Shown here in pieces: positions 60,600-64,000 of a stretch of 64,000 nucleotides of DNA. The notes beneath the pieces were generated by a model that did no database searches, was not told the DNA's origin, and worked only from the letters and a program-made list of their open reading frames with translations. Source of the stretch: Lepidodermella squamata (Eukaryota; Animalia; Gastrotricha); NCBI GenBank assembly GCA_047495785.1, contig JBLDXI010000029.1, positions 2,790,001-2,854,000 on the forward strand, in the 5' to 3' direction. A program made the translations under genes and the position numbers. The first letter of the stretch is position 1; every line of letters starts with the position of its first letter.

Positions 60600-62760
60600 T
60601 CAGCATCTCAGCTATGCAGCCCGCCTATATGGCCTGCAAGTTCTCAAAACACTGCACTGCTAAGGATTTCCGAAAAACGTCAATGAAGAAGGCGGCTATC
60701 CGAATTACAAAAGGAGCAATAATGGTCGAGTCTTCAAGAAAAAAAGCGGTTTTGAGTTTGACAATCGCTGAGTCGTGCCTTACAACAAGTATCTCAGCCT
60801 CAAGTACGACTGTCATCTGTCATATCAATGCGGAAGTTTGCAGCGGCATAAAAGCGGTACCTGTACAAAGGTCTACAAAGGTACGTCTTCCTCCTCCTTT
60901 GTACAAAGGTACAAAGGTACGTCTACAAAGGTCACGATCTAACTCCGATGGCCGCATGAAATTGAAGGCGTTCTTCGAACCAGGCTAGAACGTCTGCTCG
61001 CGACATGACCTATCCACAGGTTTGCCGCGATTTCACATGGCATCCCAAGGTGAGGAAATGGAAACGTCGGAAAAAGGGACACGGATGTGTTGGCCGTGTC
61101 TGCGACTACTTCTGCATGTCGTCAAGGGACCTCAGAGCTTCGAAGACGTCCGAAAAGTTGGCAATACTGTCTTCCCAACTTTCAATAATGCGTGTCGAGC
61201 CCGCGGTTTGATTGAAAATGACGACGAAGTAGAGCACAGCTCAATCGAAGCTGCACAATTTCGAATGCCGAGCCAGCTGCAGAAATTGTTTACCATGCAT
61301 TTCGTTTATTCAAATCCGCCTAACCCTTACGATCTATGGGAACAGTTCGAACCCGAGCTTTGTGCTGATATCCTGCACAATGAGGGAATGAACTTTGTTA
61401 CCGATCGAATTCACAATAAGGCGCTTGCTCATATGGAGATCTCCCTCGGCTATCATAGCAAATCTCTGTCCGACTAATCAGACATACCTCTGCCCGCCTC
61501 CGAAGAGCATGTTTTCGAGGTTATCCGCGAGGAAACCGAGTTCAATCACGACGTGTTACGTGATTAGTGGAGGAAAAGACGCCGTTATTGAATGACGAAC
61601 AGAGAACAGCCAAGGGACAATTTATGGCGACTTGAAAACCCGATTTGCCCAACGAAATTACCTGGCCGAGCGGTGTTTACTTGCTGCACGAAACGACGAG
61701 GTAGATCAACTGAACAAACGCATCTTGAAGGATCTTCCAAGTACGCTACTTCTACTGTTCATATAAAGAATTGTTTACTAATTTCCACATTTCAGTCAAT
61801 GAATTTGTCTACCTGAGTGCCGATTCCGTTTACGATCCCAATCAGCAACAGTTTTACCCCACCGAACTGCTAATCAGAGCTTTGGATTTGATTTGATTTG
61901 ATTTACGGCTTAAATCACGGCCCTCCTCCAATCAATCAAAATCAATCAATGTCCCACTTTCACGGAGCTAGATCGATCAAATCAAATCATTGACACCGAT
62001 AAATCACAATAAATCACGACTCATCAGGATTTTCACCAATCTGGGGGCTTTGAAACTTCAAAAATAGCGCTAATGTGACACTACTGTCCCTCTCCAAAGC
62101 GAATTTCTATCGGAAAAGAGGCGGAAAATCTTAGTTTAGCGGCATCCGAGATTTCAAGTTTTTCGATTGGATCCCTCACGGTTAATCAAAATCAATCAAA
62201 TCAAAAGGTCGCCCCGCGTAAATCAATCATTATAAATCTAAATCACCAAAAATAGGGTCTAAATCAAATCAAATCCAAAGCACTGCTGCTAATCACGTTC
62301 ACTTCCTCCAGCCTTTCTCCTCATCGGTTGTTGCTGAAACAAGGCGCGGCCATCATTTTACTGCGCAACCTTGACCCCTTTGTAACGGCACCCGTTTAAC
62401 TGTTCAGCGACTTCGTCACAACGTCATCGAGGTTGAAATTTTTACTGGAAATTCAGCTGGATCGATCTTTCAAATTCCACGAATTCCGTTAATAGCGGAT
62501 CAAGATGGGGCTCCTGTGGTGATTCAGAGGCGTCAGTTTCCCGTACGACTTGCGTTCAGCTGCTCTATCAATCAGGACCAGGCTTTCAAATTTGTTGGAC
62601 TTGCTCTGCGTCAGTGTGAGGTGTTTTCGCACAGCCAGCAGACAGCTGAACATCGCCCACTCCCGAGTCACCGACCCGAGAAATCTGTATAGCTATACGT
62701 CAGGCATTGTGAAGGTCGACGTCTTCATTATACCAAAAACATTTTTTACCGTGAAGTTTT
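60600..62760 (+). mobile_element. Degenerate Helitron Rep/helicase
   Basis: GYPNYKR, VVPYN..YLSLKYDCHINAEVC, LRLLLHVVKGPQSFEDVR...AC.ARGL.END.E, LLRNLD..CNGTRL and RRQFPVRLAF, across many frameshifts. Confidence 0.9.
61875..62285. mobile_element. Non-autonomous hAT MITE inserted in the Helitron helicase
   Basis: TIRs cagagctttggatttgatttgattt / aaatcaaatcaaatccaaagcactg; 8-bp TSD ctgctaat (61867-61874, 62286-62293). Confidence 0.92.
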
Positions 62761-64000
62761 TTAACTTACAAAATTTATTCATCGCTTCGTGATATGCTTT
62801 TTTGGCAAGTTTTATTTATATCTCATCTACATCCCTGTCTCGCCAAATCATTTTTCAATTACCGTGATAGGGTGTCCGACCTAAGATCTCATTAATAACT
62901 ATGATATTTCCTAATTAATTCTAATAACTAGCTACAATTTCGGTTTTTCGCATATACCCCTAGCCGAAGTATATGTTAAGGTTTGCTTTTGCATATTGAA
63001 ATGACGAGCTATCAAATGACACCAAGCTCTAGGACGCGGGCCTTACAGTTGCTTAACGGCTGTTCAACTGGGGTGTTTTACTACGTCGTGTTATGTACAA
63101 GGGGATTCCAATACCTTCGGACACGGTAAATTCTAAATCAGCAGTAAATCAAATCATTGGAAAATGGCCACTGCTTAAGACAAACTACCCGAACCACTCG
63201 AGTATAGCGTCATATTTACTGTCGCTGATTTGAATCGGGTCACAGCAATATTCATCAAAATGCCGAGAGAATTGGACTGCCTTTATCGATGAAATCGTCC
63301 GAATGGTTTTACACTTGAAACCTGTGTCTCCGGTAGGCCGAATCGCAATATTCATTAACTCAATGTATTATTTATTTTTCACGTAGAACTCGAAACTGCC
63401 CACCGATTCTGCCTATGCTCGCGGCCAGCCTCAATGCGTTCACACAGGCTTTCAAGACAAACAATTTGCTGCCTGCCTGTCATGATAGGGCCGCTGCTGT
63501 TAGAGTCGACGTTGGCCAGTCCACATTAGCCATTGGCAATGATACTTTAATCTTTATTCATCTACTGCAGCAATCTAATAAATAAAGCGATACTGAAAGT
63601 CTACAATTTGAGGGTATTAGATCGCTTTTGGCTTGACGACCTCTAATGATCCAGTATAAAAATGACCTGTAAATGAGTGAATCAAAGCCCCACGGTCGAG
63701 GTTATCACAAGCGCAGTGATTAGCCCGTATTTTTTCGGCGAGCTGATAACTACGCCAATATCGGCTGTGAGTTGAACAGCGTGGCTTATTAAGCTGGTTC
63801 ATTGAACAGCGAGGAAGAAGCAAGCAGCCTTATCGTTATCAAACACCGCCGTGCCACTCGCAACAACGAGATAACGCGCAAATCCCGTGTCAAATGACAG
63901 CAGAAGCATTAGTACTGCTGTGTTTTACATTTTATTTTGACCGAAGATTATACAACTTCATAGAATATGCTGTTAAGCTAAGCGAATATTGAACATTTAC

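Overview
Eukaryotic, probably invertebrate animal, genomic DNA with short GT-AG introns and abundant transposons; the taxon cannot be determined. Positions 1 to ~11,147 are the right part of an integrated, AT-rich Maverick/Polinton (adintovirus-like) element. Its minus strand carries a partial core-like ORF, a probable major capsid protein, a small basic protein, a probable penton, a 370-aa unknown and a packaging ATPase. Its plus strand carries PLA2X, a frameshifted integrase-chromodomain and an intact 1426-aa protein-primed PolB, followed by a candidate ...ACTACT terminus. All seven virion-module genes share an upstream AAAwwTCTA motif, and two gene ends carry triple-hairpin cassettes, resembling giant-virus/virophage late transcription signals. 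The rest (~12-64 kb) is a transposon-rich host locus with a minus-strand tandem array of an unrecognised secreted Cys/Thr/Ser/Ala-rich protein family. There are five recognisable genes (three apparently intact, one frameshifted, one truncated by a MULE with a 9-bp TSD) and two decayed copies. The region also holds a divergent class A GPCR and relics of MULE, P-like, hAT, Helitron, CR1/L2-like and RLE-type elements. All assignments come from reading motifs by eye; no database searches were run.
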